From Azolla caroliniana (Eukaryota; Plantae; Polypodiophyta), in the NCBI GenBank assembly GCA_043228905.1, contig JBHGNT010000017.1, positions 3,100,001-3,164,000 of the forward strand: 64,000 nt of DNA, given 5' to 3'. How positions within the stretch are numbered: the first letter of the stretch is position 1; each line of letters begins with the position of its first letter. Made by a program: the position numbers and the translations under genes. Below, in pieces: positions 37,912-51,997 of this stretch. The notes beneath the pieces were generated by a model. That model saw only the letters and a program-made list of their open reading frames with translations, was not told the DNA's origin and did not search any database.

Positions 37912-38324
37912 CTGTTATGATACTTCAAATCAGCCACATTTATATATACAACACACACATACTAAAAGATTAAGAAGCCATGGGTTTTGGGTTTTCAATG
38001 TGTACCTTGTCGCTTCTGTTGTCCCAAAATTGAGATGGGTCTCTGAAGAACTCGCGCCATAAGGACTCTGTTTCTTTGGAGGACATGGTACGAATCCTTC
38101 TTCCTTCGTCATGTTATGAAAGAAGAACAAATATAGATATGTAGAGTAGTATAGCGTATAGTGGTAATGTGGTGTTTGGATAGGGATGTTCGAGACACAC
38201 ATTATAAAGTCTACATACGACACTTTAACTCATACTACGTAATATACTCGAATGCATTGGAAAACATTCGTTTCCAGGCGAATGAAAACGAATGTTTATT
38301 TTTACGCTTTTTACCTTAACTTTC

Positions 38325-40600
38325 TTACCTTAAAAAAAACTTTCTTATAATAAATAATGAATACAAAAGTATGGTATTTACCATACTTTGAGGGTGTTTT
38401 CCATACTCGAATGATTGAAACATTCTCGAAATGCGAATGCACATGTTGTACGTATGGTTCATACTATGCTTTAACTCAACCTTATACACACCTCTTTTTT
38501 TTGGCCTTCTTACCTTGGCTTTCATGATCATCGTTACATTCACTCTTCCATGATCATCCACAAGCAATGTATCATCCTACAATTGGTTCCATCCGTCCTA
38601 GCCCCTCTATAAGAAATCACTTCTATCTGTGTTCTCTAGCATGTTCGTTTTTGTTTGATCATTGTTCATCCGAACATAACATACATTGCGTTCTTCAAAT
38701 AATAATAATAAAGTTATTTCTTTCTCCACACCGTCTGGTGTGAAAGATGATGACCATTTGCTTCATTTGGTGACTATAGTTGTGCTCTCCATCTAGCCAT
38801 TGTTGGAGAGTGTGTGTTAATCTAACCAATTTAAGATCAGTAGCCAATTCGATGGCATGTCGTCTAACCAAATCAAACATGGCAACTCTTGTGCCCGATT
38901 GTAAGTTTCACTCTTTAAAAAAAATGGATCATCCAAGAAATTTTGTTATTCCAACATGAGAATTTAAATGAGCAATGATCATTGCATCATGTGTCATTAC
39001 ACACAAGCCTGATGTGGGCAATGTTTTTCCAAATATTGTTGGTTATAGTGTCCCTTAGTGCAACTTATCTTACAACCACAAGTAAATGGATTCCAATATT
39101 TACATATGTATGATTGGATGGGATACATAAACAATTAAAATGTATAATATTTAACTTAGGTGTGCCACATGATAAAAATTTGACCAATTAGGCAACTTCA
39201 TTCACTTTAACATTGGAAAACTAGGGGATAATTTAGCGTAAATTATATCAATGAAACACATTATGAGAATATCCTTTTCCCATATTTTGTTGGCTACCAT
39301 CACAACAACTTACCTAGGTAATTATCAATGAAAAACACACAATGAATATGAAATTTCCCTGAGATTGTTTTATTTTTTAATAATGGAATGTAAATGTTGC
39401 CTTCTAGACCTAATGTCATTACAAGCTAAATCTTATAAAGTCAAAACAAAACAAAATGTGAAAATGAAGAAAGTTAACATTACAATTTCTTCCACCTAGT
39501 GTGAAGCATATTTATGTTTGGTGCATGTCACATGAGTTGCCATCATCTCTCCATCTTCTATTTTTCGTTATCCTAATAATATATATCATATATACATATA
39601 TATTATAGACATAAACATAAACAAGAATCCCCTTCAAAGTCCAATGAGGTATAACTTTATAAGTATATTCTAAAGTTTGTATTAATTGCTCAAAAGACAA
39701 ATTGAATAAGTTGTCATAATGACATGATGCATCCATCAATTAGATAATGTATCTCGTTCGAGAATCGAAATGTGTTCATGATACCCATCGATGTTGACAT
39801 TGCCACGAGTTTTAATTAGTCATGAATGTCATGACTATATAAAAATAACCAAAAACACAAAAGAATGTAAGTCAACAACACGTACATGTAAACACTTGAA
39901 TCTCCTTAAAGATGGATGACTTATCTACCTAGACAATTTATTTATCAATATCCTCCCCAAAAACTTATCCACTCTTGCACTTATATAATCCAAGTTTGAA
40001 TGGGCATCAAGTGTTGCATGAAATCATACAAAGGTATATTGATAAACCTATTCCATTCACACGATCAGATTATTATATTATAGTCAAACGAAGCTTGGGT
40101 TATTATGTGAATAGTTGATTTTGTGTAGAGGTAGACCCAAGCCTAACCATCCGAATGAAGACAAGAGACAAGGGGTCAATGATGTTTCTATACCCATACA
40201 AATGTGTAAAGAGGGGCACCATAGTTAGATTCGAGACCGCTAAGATATGCACAACTCTAAAACATAAAGTGCACAATGCCTACATTGAACAGCCATCCAT
40301 TGTGTAACGATAAGCATAACTCTAAAATAAAGTCTACAACTTCTACCACATACAAAGAGTCACAAGCTACAACCAATAATTAAGATTAGGAATAATTTTA
40401 GAAAATTTAGGATCTATCCCTTTAATGTTAGAATATATTCTAGCTTCACACCTACTAAAACCAAGGGTATCTAAGACGGGCATTCAACACACCATTTATA
40501 GTCAAGATTCACACCCATGCAACAATGTTGTCATTGGAAAATAGTTATCTTCCAACAATACACAAACATATGGGAATGAGACAACATCACATACATGGAT
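38325..40600 (-). mobile_element. Possible heavily decayed Mutator-like transposase remnant
   Basis: KAKVRRPKKRG resembles the GRPKKKR segment after the SWIM domain; TMDGCS near 40290 resembles the MuDR C..GC motif; no intact frame or TIRs identified. Confidence 0.25.
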
Positions 40601-42997
40601 GCGTACACATACCACGAATTCCTACCTTGAAGCTGAGAACCGTATAAATTAGGATGCATGATTGGTCTTCCACATGTTTTGCAATAGCAAACATGCCCAC
40701 CCTTATATGAGCATAACCCAACTTAATTTGCACATTTATATATGTGCATAAAGGTATACATCCACATGTATCTAAACAAGGGGATATAATGTGGGTGGGT
40801 ATAGTGTGAGTTGTACTCTGCATTGATGGAGCCAAGATTCACCATCTGATAGACATCCCCCTTCAACCTCAATGGAATAAATAATTCCATTAGTCGAGTG
40901 ATTGCCATGATTTGGCACAAGTAGGGGTAGTTGTTGTGCGGTGTGTTTCTTACAACTTCGATAGGATTGTCAACAACAATGCTTGTTAGTGTGTTTGCAA
41001 AATGCAATGATGCCTTACTTGTCTTCATCCCCTCGTTGTTCTCTTTTGTGCTTCCTAGAATAGCCAAAAATACTCCCCCCAAGATTGAACACACCGCAAA
41101 CGGAAGTTTGGAAAACAATAACTAGTTTCTTGGTTGTACAAACATGACCAAGCTATATATTGAATGTGTTGTGCCATTGTAATGATTGATGTCGATGATA
41201 GTCTTTGAATACAAGCATATCGAACATATGAAACCAAAGCTCTTGTTTCCACGTGGCATTGTAAGTCTCTTGAGATAGCAATAATGTTTTCTTTGCTTCT
41301 TTCCTTTGGAACTTCTTCTTTTTATTCTTTTCTAATGTCTTTTTGGTTTTTTCTAACACAACTAGAGGAAGTAATCTCTATTTGGTTTTGAGGTTACTGC
41401 ATTTGTCAATTTAGGTTTAAGCGTATGTAGAACACTGGGATATCCGTCTTTGACTATTTGCCTTTCCTTTGTGTTCTTCTTCTTCCACTTTCATCCTTCA
41501 TCCTTCTCAATCTCAAATGTTTGTCTTTGTAATTGTTATTTCCTTGCTTTTTGTCATGCCTTCTTTTTTTGTCATTGCATCCAAACAATGCCAGAGGGTT
41601 AGGAATGACAACAATTATGGCAATACGAACCCAAGTTGCAATCATGTGAAAAATGTTAAATAACCCACATTCCAACACACAAAAACGGGCTAACAACACT
41701 TTCATTTGCGTACTTCCAATCATGATTGGAAGCCCGTCACCTTATCAATAAGGAGACATGATTGAATTATATCCTTTCAATATCAACATACTTATGAGTT
41801 AGAATCCCATCGCCACAAATGATCACCTAGACAATGTTCGAACAAAGAAATGTAGACACGCTAGAACATATGCATATGAAAATAGTTGTCAAATTCTAAT
41901 TAGAGTTGTTATGATGGAGAAGGAGAGCTTGAGTAAGTAAAAATGCGAAGACACACGGGTGATGAAATTGATGTACCCATAAGTAATGCTAAAGATGACC
42001 ATGATGGTTGGCATGTAAAAGATAAGAACAACTCCAAATATAAAGTCTAATATACAAATGTGAAAAGAAATCCAAGAGGTTACGTTATAATAAACCTTCA
42101 CAATCAACCAATAAACTACTACGAAAAACTTATAAAGCGAAGTAGGTTCCATATTGTCAATGCTCGTGTTGGTCTAACATCACACCAAGCAACCATGTCA
42201 AACCATAACCAACGATTATGCTTAGTTGAAATGAAAAGAAGTAACATTTCCCTAGTAAAAAGTGTAGGAATAGGGAAAAAGGCAATGTTGGAACACACGG
42301 GGCTAGCTGATACAAGAAAAGATCGAAGGAAACAAGCAACATAGGAGATGGAGAATGATGCAATACATTATAGAGTTCGGCAATCATGTCTTCGTGTCGT
42401 CGTCGCGATACGAACGGGCTCGATATGCGTTCAATGTACGAGAATGTCTTGGAGAGAAGAGATTATTATGGGCTCACATGCTGGCCGATGCATGGAAAGA
42501 GAGAGGGACGAATAGAAGGTTAGAGAGGGGTGCGGAAGCAACGCAACGTGATTGGTCCACATAATTTGGCGAGGCTAGTGGTGGTGGTCCGGATGGGCGG
42601 GCAGGCGGACAGAAAGGGGGGGGGGGGGCGGCGAATATTTGTTTCTGTTGGACCTACCTAGCTAGCAACAATGGAACTAGAAGGGTTTTATGGAAAAGCA
42701 AGAAGGCCCCATGGAAAAATGCAAGATAAATGATATGCTTTGGAACACAAAGAAAAGAGAGATGATCAGAAAAAAGACCCCACCACAATCCATACCAAAA
42801 CTGAGACCAACTTATTAGAAGAGTATTTATCATTGTATTATAAGAAGCAGCAGAAGAAGAAGAAGAAGAAAGAGCCGCCTCCTCCTCCTTCATCTCCTTC
42901 TCTCCTCTCATTTTCTTCTTCTTCTTCTTCTGCTTCTTCTTCTTCCTGCTGCTACTTGTGGCAGATAACAACAGGATTCGCCTTTGACGAGAAAAAG

Positions 42998-43479
42998 ATG
43001 TGTGGGATTTTAGCCGTCCTTGGTTGCCATGATTCCTCTCTGGTCAAGCGCCAACGCGTCCTCGAGCTTTCTCGCAGGTAAAGAACTACATTGCATACCA
43101 TATATGCGCGCACACACACACACACAGACATACACAGACAGTCGTTCACCAGAAAAAGAGATGGGGTGAGAGAGTCACACACACGCACGCACTATGGATT
43201 TGTATGCTTATTTCCCCCAATTCTCTCTCCTTTTAGGACGATGAGAGAGAGAGAGAGGGAGAGAGGGTTCTCTCCATTTTCCTCTCTCCTCTAGGCTTCA
43301 TGAGAACAAATAAGAGAGTTTTTTTCTGTCTTTCTTTGTTTATGTTTATTTATCCCCTAGGATTAGCGAGAGATGGAGAGGGTTCTTTTTCCTTCTATAA
43401 ATTGCTTTCCTTTTTACGCTTCAAGAGAGCGAGAGCTGCAATGGAAGGGAATTTTTGCATATTTCTGTCACATTTAGGT

Positions 43480-43538
<59 letters not shown>

Positions 43539-46500
43539 CCTTATATTTCTCTCTCAGACTTCGGCATAGAGGACCTGATTGGAGCGGCCTTTTCCAGCAT
43601 GGAAATCACTTCCTTGCTCATGAACGTCTTGCCATTGTTGATCCAACCTCAGGAGACCAACCTCTCTTTGATGATGAACGGAATATTGTGGTCACTGTAA
43701 GCTTGTCTTTTTCTCTTCTACTAAACAGTTTTTAAAATGTTCTTGTATTTCTTTTCTTTGTTTTGCTGCACGGAACATTTTTACAGTTTTTCCCTTTTCT
43801 TTGTCCTCGGTAATGATATCATGTTCTATTTTTTGCTTACTTCATTTGTATAGGTCAATGGGGAGATCTACAATCATGAGTCTTTGAAAGAACTCATTGC
43901 TCAGCCACATGTTTTTCGCACTCAGAGTGATTGCGAGGTGCTGGCTCACTTGGTAAGGATTTGTTTCTCTCTCTCTCTCTCATAACCTTGTTGACGAAAA
44001 ACACAGATGCTGTGTTGTATCTGTGAATATAGTAACCTATTGGAAAATTCATTTAATTGCTATAAGAGATTTATACCCAGGGTATCTAATGCTTAGTTCT
44101 GTGCGGTTAATGAATTGAAATGTAGGTTCTTTTATTGATTTTTTTTGTTCTGCTGTCGTTTGTAAATAGTAACTAGTTCTCTAGAATTGCTAGTTCATAG
44201 TTTCATGCCCTGGATCAATGGAGAATGCAGCTTATAAAGAGACCCAAGATCAGGCGTGTGCAGATTTGATCTGAGACATATAGATAAGATAAAAGAGGGC
44301 GTGTTTTTCGGAGGACAATGATTGTTTGTATGTATGAGTTGAACTATTGACAACTATACAGGACTAAGGCTAACACACCAGGACCTTAGCAGGGTTAAGA
44401 GTCAATGAACTAGGGCCTAAGGAATTTAAGAGGGTTTAAGGTTGCTGTACATGGATGCCGCATGGATGACTGTGTATTGGATGGTAGGTTGAAAATGAGT
44501 GCCGCCTCTCCTGTGTGTTAATAGCTCATGCGCTATTTTGTCACGTTCTCATAGTATTTATTAACTCAAACCATTTATTTTTGAGAATTACCATGGGCTA
44601 TGACCCTATTGGTTAATTTGTTAATCTCAGTCTATGCTTGTTAACAAGGCTGCTACATATCATGAATGTAAATTGCATGATATCCTTCATGTTTCCATTA
44701 TGCAGTATAAGCTATTTGGCGAAGAAATGGTGTCCATGCTTGATGGGATGTTCTCCTTTGTTTTGCTAGACACACGTGACAATACCTTTATTGCTGCCCG
44801 TGATCCAATCGGTATTACACCCTTGTATATTGGATGGGGAACAGATGGTATGGACGAGATCTCAAATATAATTAAGAGAATCAGTGCCATATTTTGAATT
44901 ATGATAAAGCTTACCAATTTGCAATGCAGGGTCTGTATGGTTTGCCTCTGAAATGAAGGCATTGAAGGATGATTGTGAGCAATTTCAGTCCTTTCCACCT
45001 GGGCACATTTATTCGAGCAAAACAAGTATGACGCAAACAAACACTTTTATCTCTTTCTAAAGAGATGCATGCAATGCCATAGATGGAAGATTAGGAACTT
45101 GCATTTCTCATATTTCCAAAACATTTCTCACCTGAATATATTGGACCTAAACATTGATATTTCAAAGGAAGGAATACAGCTTGAATTCAATAAACAAAAT
45201 TTTGTTGCTCTTTGGATTTATGGCAGGAGAATTTCGTAGGTACTATAAACCACAGTGGTTTTCAGAGTCTATACCAACTGCTCCATATGATCCTCTTCTC
45301 CTGAGAAAGGCCTTTGAAAAGGTATGCAGAGAAACTATTGATTGACTTGCTCTATAATGCTAACTTCTGAAATTCACATACTTTTATGGCTGGTTCTAGC
45401 AAAATTCACACACAATGTCCTTCTATAAAACATCAAAAATATTATAGTGGATCAGGTTGAGCAAAATAAAGAACATGTAGAAGATAAGAGGGCAGTGGAA
45501 TTTGGAGCTTCTGCAATATTCGAATCATAGAACAAACTAAAAATAGACTTATTCTCTCATTTTTGTCCATTCTGTCTTACTCAACTTCAGTGGCACCAAA
45601 TTTATATTGGCTGGCCTCGTGAAAACTTGGTGCATTCATCAGTACTTTTTTTACCAAATATGCACTCTTGTCGTTATGAGCTCCATCATGAAACTGTCAG
45701 CAATATAAAAGTATTTGAACCTTTGATAAAAGAGGATCGCCATATCATGGAATTTTATAGTTGCAGCATGTAGGGGATAAGGAAGATGTTTGGGGCTAAT
45801 GTGGTTGATTGACTTGCGTTTGCTGAGATGTCTCAATATTAATGATAAGCCTGTAATGAGAAAATTATTTTAACCATTTTTAGTTTTTTCTTGTGTCACA
45901 TCTATTTGTGCAAATTATATACCAATGTTCAAATACTAAAAGCCGTGATTGGTTGAGCAGGCAGTAATTAAAAGACTTATGACGGATGTTCCATTTGGAG
46001 TGCTTTTATCTGGAGGATTAGATTCATCTTTAGTTGCATCGGTTGCCTGTCGTCACATCGGGGAAACTAAGGCAGGGGCACAGTGGGGAACACGGCTCCA
46101 CTCATTTTGTGTGGGTTTAAAGGTTAGTTGTGTCTTTGCATATGCTAATATAATTAAATACACTTCTTTGAATAGAATATGAAATTATTCTGGAAATGAC
46201 AGGGATCACCGGACCTGAAGGCTGCAAAAGAGGTTGCAGACTATTTGGGGACATTGCATACAGAATTCTACTTCACAGTTCAGGTTCAGAAAAGAAAATA
46301 CCTTACTTGTAGTTCTGCATCATGACGTATCTGTTGAATCATTTTATGTGGATCAAGATGTCAAGTATCATGATTCTGATATCAAATCTCTATGCCTGCA
46401 GGAAGGTTTGGATGCAATTCCAGATGTGATTTATCACATTGAGACCTATGATGTGACCACTATCAGGGCTAGTACTCCGATGTTCTTGATGTCCCGGAAG

Positions 46501-48279
46501 ATTAAGGCTCTTGGAGTGAAGATGGTTCTCTCGGGGGAAGGCTCTGATGAGCTGTTTGGTGGATATCTATACTTCCATAAGGCTCCTAACAAAGAAGAGT
46601 TGCACACAGAAACTTGTAGAAAGGTATTCCAGATTGTGATGTGAAGTGCGCATGTTAGAATGTGAAATGCTGTGAAGTACATGTGTTAGAATGACTTGCT
46701 TATATATAGCTTGTGCTTTTAACATCAATTTGGTTTTACCAGTATGTTTTGCAAAGCTTCGTATGAAAACTCTTAATAGATTCATTATTCCAGATAAAAG
46801 ATCTTCATCTTTATGATTGCCTGCGAGCGAACAAATCAACATCGGCCTGGGGTCTAGAAGCTCGAGTTCCTTTCTTGGATAAAGAGTTCATTGATGTTGC
46901 AATGGGCATAGATCCTGCCGGGAAAATGGTACCACTCCATATGATTAGAGGTGTTTACTAACGGGAGCATCTTATAAAATGTCTTTTCGTTTTCAGATCA
47001 ATATTAAAGATGGTCGAATAGAGAAATGGGTTTTGCGTAATGCCTTCGATGATGAAGAGAATCCTTATTTACCTAAGGTAAGCTCCTTGTAAATTTGCCA
47101 TTGTATTTCCATCAAAACTAGATTTTAAATTCAAGTACATTACTTGTATACCGTAAAGTCTATGCCAAGGGGTCTTGTAATTCATTGTCATTGTCTGTCC
47201 CTGGACACACTTCTACATGTTCATTATTTTACTATATTTTTCTCTAATTTAATAGTGCTGTGATGTGCACCTTATGTTTGTTATTGTGGCACTTTTCAGC
47301 ATATTTTATTTAGGCAGAAAGAACAATTTAGTGATGGAGTGGGTTATAGCTGGATCGATGGTCTAAAAGAACATGCAGAGAAACAGGTATATAATTTTAT
47401 CATGTTTTTCTGGGGATCTGATATGAAAGAATTCCCCCATTCCTGAAAACATATGTATATAGAAATAAGAATTTGTCTTGTGCCTAACACAGAAAATATT
47501 GAAAGATCCCATGGCTTTTGGTAAACATAATTGTATGAAAATTAGATTCAAATTGGTAGTAGATATCAAACAGAATAAGTAAAAGAAATTTCGATTAAGA
47601 GGAACTGGATCACCAACAGCAGAGTGGTTGTGAATGTCATGTTGCCTCTTCTATTGACACATTTGAAATATAGGATGTTCTTTTGTTGCTGAAAATGCTT
47701 GCTTAACATATGATATATTTGATATGATGGGAGACATTATTTGTATATTTGCTTGCTATTATTAACGTGCTATATTTGATGTGGGTAACTGTAGGTAACT
47801 GATCAAATGATGGCGAATGCAATGTACATTTATCCTCACAACACCCCAACGACAAAAGAGGCTTATTACTATCGTCAAATCTTTGAAAGACTTTTCCCAC
47901 AGGTAAGTTTTTTCTGCTAAATACTTTTATACTTTCTGTTTCTTTCTTATGGCAGCAAAAAAATGAAATGGTTAAAAATTAAGAAATGACAAATTTCGGT
48001 AATACATAGTTCTTTATGGTTGGTTATCAGCCCTCTGCAAGGTTAACTGTACCTGGAGGACCGAGTGTTGCTTGTAGTACTGCGAAGGCTGTAGAGTGGG
48101 ATGAGGCATGGTCAAAGAACCCTGATCCTTCTGGTCGAGCGGCTATTGGGGTTCATGAGGCTTCTTATGAGAACAAATCATTAACACCACCAGAAGATAT
48201 CAACGGTGAATTGCCTGATGGTCTTTCAAGTAAACAGCCGAGGTTGCAAGAAAATGTTGCTTTGGTCGAAGTTCAATGA
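42998..48279 (+). CDS. ASN: Glutamine-dependent asparagine synthetase, 14 exons, 591 aa
   Basis: Exons 42998-43077, 43558-43696, 43854-43952, 44706-44847, 44930-45025, 45227-45321, 45961-46122, 46203-46283, 46402-46623, 46794-46928, 46997-47077, 47300-47386, 47795-47902, 48031-48279 (1776 nt). [58 protein letters not shown]. Confidence 0.97.
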
Positions 48280-48360
48280 ATAGCAACAGTTCATATTCGG
48301 GACAAATCTGGTGTCAGCTGAATAAGACTAACTTAGGCATGTTAATAACTTGAAGATCAG

Positions 48361-48965
48361 ATTCAAATGTCCCAATAACTAGTATGATGCATGTTGTATT
48401 GAACCTCACATGAACTGTCAGGAACTTACATATGTTGATCAGTAAATAAGGCGAAGTTTTAATAAATGCTAAGTTGGTTTTACAGAGTTTCTTGTAATGT
48501 TCAGTATCAAATTCTGTCTGTCCTAATTTATAATCCAGTGTTCTTACTATTCATTTGGAAAAACAGGGTTATCTGAGGCCAGTTGGCATAACATGCTTTC
48601 TGTACCTCAAAATCTATGTAAAACATATTCATGTTGCCTGTATATATATGCATGTCATGTTGTGTATATTCAAATGTCCCAATAACTAATATGGCAGCAT
48701 GTTGTATTGAACCTCACATAAACCTTCAGGAACTTATGTTAATCAATGAATAAAGTGAAGTTTTAATAAATGCTAAGTTAGTTTTACAGAATTGCTTGCA
48801 ATACGTTCAATGTCAAATTCTGTCTCTAATTTATAGTGCAGTGTTCTTACCATTCATTTGGGAATAATGGGCTATCTGAGGCCAGTTGGTGTAACACATT
48901 TTCTTTAACTTAAAACCCATGTATAATATTTTCATGGTGTTTGTATATATGCATTTCAAGGTTGT
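48361..48965 (+). repeat. ~307-bp tandem duplication of the ASN 3' region
   Basis: attcaaatgtcccaataacta... starts at 48361 and 48668; colinear and diverged; each copy has gttttaataaatgctaag. Confidence 0.92.
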
Positions 48966-50304
48966 CTAAAAATTGCCACTAGAAAAAGTTCATGCTGTAT
49001 ACCATCCACTGTCTAGAAAATATCTCATGATTTGCCATTTGAGTTATTTCTCCTTAAAACCATTAGATCTCTTACAAGTAGTAGACCAATATCATCAATA
49101 GGCCATGGGGCATTTTTCACTTCACCCTTCTTGTCATAAACATAGCCAAAAGCAAGGTTAGTCGGTGTTACGAAATTGTCCTCACCCTCCAAATTCCTTG
49201 TCATGGACAACATTTATATTTGAATAATCATGTTGTGTCTATGTATTTAAGAAGTCGAAATTAAGGAAAATGTATGTGCGTAAATGGATTCAAGCTGTCT
49301 TGGATATCTCTCATTTGAAGAGGTCGTGGGTTACTTGGAAATGTATGCATGCATACATGAAATGAAGTCTTTGCTGTATGTATGTTTTAAGATGTTCATA
49401 ATTTTGTTGGAAAGTGAGCCAATGTCTTCAATGGTATGTGGGGGTTGGGGCTTTTTTGGCGGTCATTAGAAGGTTTATATATAGCTTATGAATAATTGTG
49501 TGTATCTATAAAACCTAGCCTTGTTGTCAAATATGTATCAATTGGAAATAAGCATATCCTACGTGTTAGATTTCAACGGAAATGATCCCAACTTGCATTT
49601 TCGTTTGTATATATAATATATTGGGTAACTTAGTTCACATTTCAATGAGATTTATTGATACCTTGAATCATCCACATGCATTTAAACAAGAGGTTTGAAG
49701 GTATTCACACCTCTACATGGGAAGATGCATTTCCCTCACAATGAGCAAGTTACAAATGCCATTATGCAAGAATGATTTGATGTATTACTAATCATAATTT
49801 CACCTTGGTTTTTATCTACAAATAAAAGAATAATAGAAGACATCGAAGTTCGAGATCTATACAAAAGGTTAAGACAAGTGTAGTGAGTCGTGACTCCTAG
49901 TATGAAGTTTAAAATATTATTTTTCAACCCATATACAAATGTCTAGGATTCTTAATGCACATTTATTTGTGCTTTTTATACCCATGTTTTTTCATGGCCC
50001 ATGGGCACTAAAGGTTCTTATAAGTAATACATGGGCATGTCATACAAAATGAGTGGGGAACATTTTAAGCCATTGAATATCAATTGTGTTGTCTCAAAAG
50101 CCGTAAGAGTATTGACCTAGTTAAATATATATAAACTGATACAATGGTAGATGTGAAATTTGAAGTTTTGAAGCTAACGAGTTAGTGAAACTTACAATTG
50201 GGTTAATTTTCAAATTAACATCTTGACCATTCCATTAAGTTTAGTTTTCTTGTCTAAAAAGGACACACATTATGGTAGTTATTTCATAAATTTACTGCCA
50301 TTGG

Positions 50305-50435
50305 AGTGGAATGTAGGGGTTGAACCCATGACCACCTGGTCTCCATTGGAACCATCTCCCTCTCTCCCTCTCCCTCAGTTTGTGCTAATTTTGTTAGATG
50401 CCACTCTAGAATGTAGGGGCTGAACAAATCACCTT
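50305..50435 (-). mobile_element. Two partial tRNA-derived SINE-like copies
   Basis: Reverse strand gagaccaggtggtcatgGGTTCAACCCctacattc (B box) and tttGTTCAGCCCctacattc; same 3' signature as the copies at 52.2-52.4 kb. Confidence 0.5.
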
Positions 50436-50488
50436 ATCATTTGAACTATAATCATCACGGCTCTCTCCCTCTCTCTTAACATGTGCGT

Positions 50489-50556
<68 letters not shown>
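50489..50556. repeat. Long (CA)n microsatellite
   Basis: Over 30 uninterrupted CA units. Confidence 0.95.
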
Positions 50557-50559
<3 letters not shown>

Positions 50560-51997
50560 TGGATTAAGGCAATATTCAAAGTTGGAGGTAAGAGTTAGAT
50601 AGTAAATTATCACACAACCACGTTGAGCTCAAGAACTACTACATTGTATAACATTGTCATGGGCCAAAGGACAAGTGCACGGGCTGAAAGTACAACCAAA
50701 TGAGCACTTGGGCAAGCAAGTTTTGGATCAAGATTCAAAACACTATGTGGTGGATCATTTGGTTACATTAAGAGCTCCATGGTGGATCATTTGGTTATAT
50801 TAAGAGTAATCATGGAAGAAAGTCGACCACAAGGAAAAACACTCTATTGTTGTTTTGTTGGTTTGAAATGTACTTTTGATACAATACCACGAAGTAAGGG
50901 TTGGAATAGAATCTTGGAATTTGGCATATGCCAGTAAAGTATATAGTTGCACTTGGATGATTCTATGAGTAAGTTAGATGCCAACTAAATGTGACTATGG
51001 ATTTTTAAAATACTTTTAAGTAACTTGAGATTTAGACAAACAGGTGCAATATCACCTACACTCTATGGTTCATGCATTGATAAATTGAAAGAAGTGGTGA
51101 ATATGTTGCAAGAGAAGAACAATTACATGATCCAAAATTTTATGCAACAAGCTAACTTTTGCTTTTATATGATGGTGATGTGATACTCTTTTCACATGAC
51201 ATTGATGGTATGCAACATTCACTCCTAGTTTGTAATATTCACATATGTCCAATTTAGTAGACATATGCGAACCTTCACATATGATACACGATATTTGTTC
51301 CCCCCCTTTTTTCTTCCTTTGGTTTTCGTTTTTCTAATATACGCACGTTGAGAACTAAAGTCTAAGAAGGAGTGAGAAATTGAAGTATGAGAAGGATGAA
51401 ACGAACAGGGCGCGTGACCTCCACCCACAACCCTCCTCCCATTTATCTCTACAGCTGGACCAACCATGTCTCCTTCTTCATCATGTTCATCTTCTACTCC
51501 ATCTCCCTTTCTCTAGATTCAATCATCATCCCATGATGGTGGAGCAACAACCATGACACTTCTCGTGTAGTGAAGGCTCCATGGGTTAATATACGACCAC
51601 TCTATGGAGACTAGAAAATATCGAGTTATCGTAAGTATCAATTCTCTAGGAGAGAGAAGTTGTCTGGGGAGGGACACACACACACACACAAATGGAGGCA
51701 AAAACTATCGAAAGAGAGCACTCTACTATCCCTCAAAGAGTGCATAGTACATGCTATACTACTAGGGATTCTAACAAACACTCTAATAGGGTAGGGGTAT
51801 TTGCTTGCAATTAAAGAAGGGCAATATGCTTTGATACTTCTCTTAATTAACTTGTAACTTGTAAGTTGTAACCCATCACAGAACAGAGCAGAACAGAGCA
51901 GAGCAGAACAGAGCAGGACAGAACAGAACAGAACAGAACAGATCATCATCATCATCACCATCATCATCTTCTTCTTCTGAGGTTTTCATTTGACTTC

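Noticed and set aside
42740-42997. In-frame N-terminal extension of asparagine synthetase
   Set aside because: TTG start in a microsatellite-rich leader; the Ntn glutaminase domain needs Cys2 at the N-terminus, so ATG 42998 is the start
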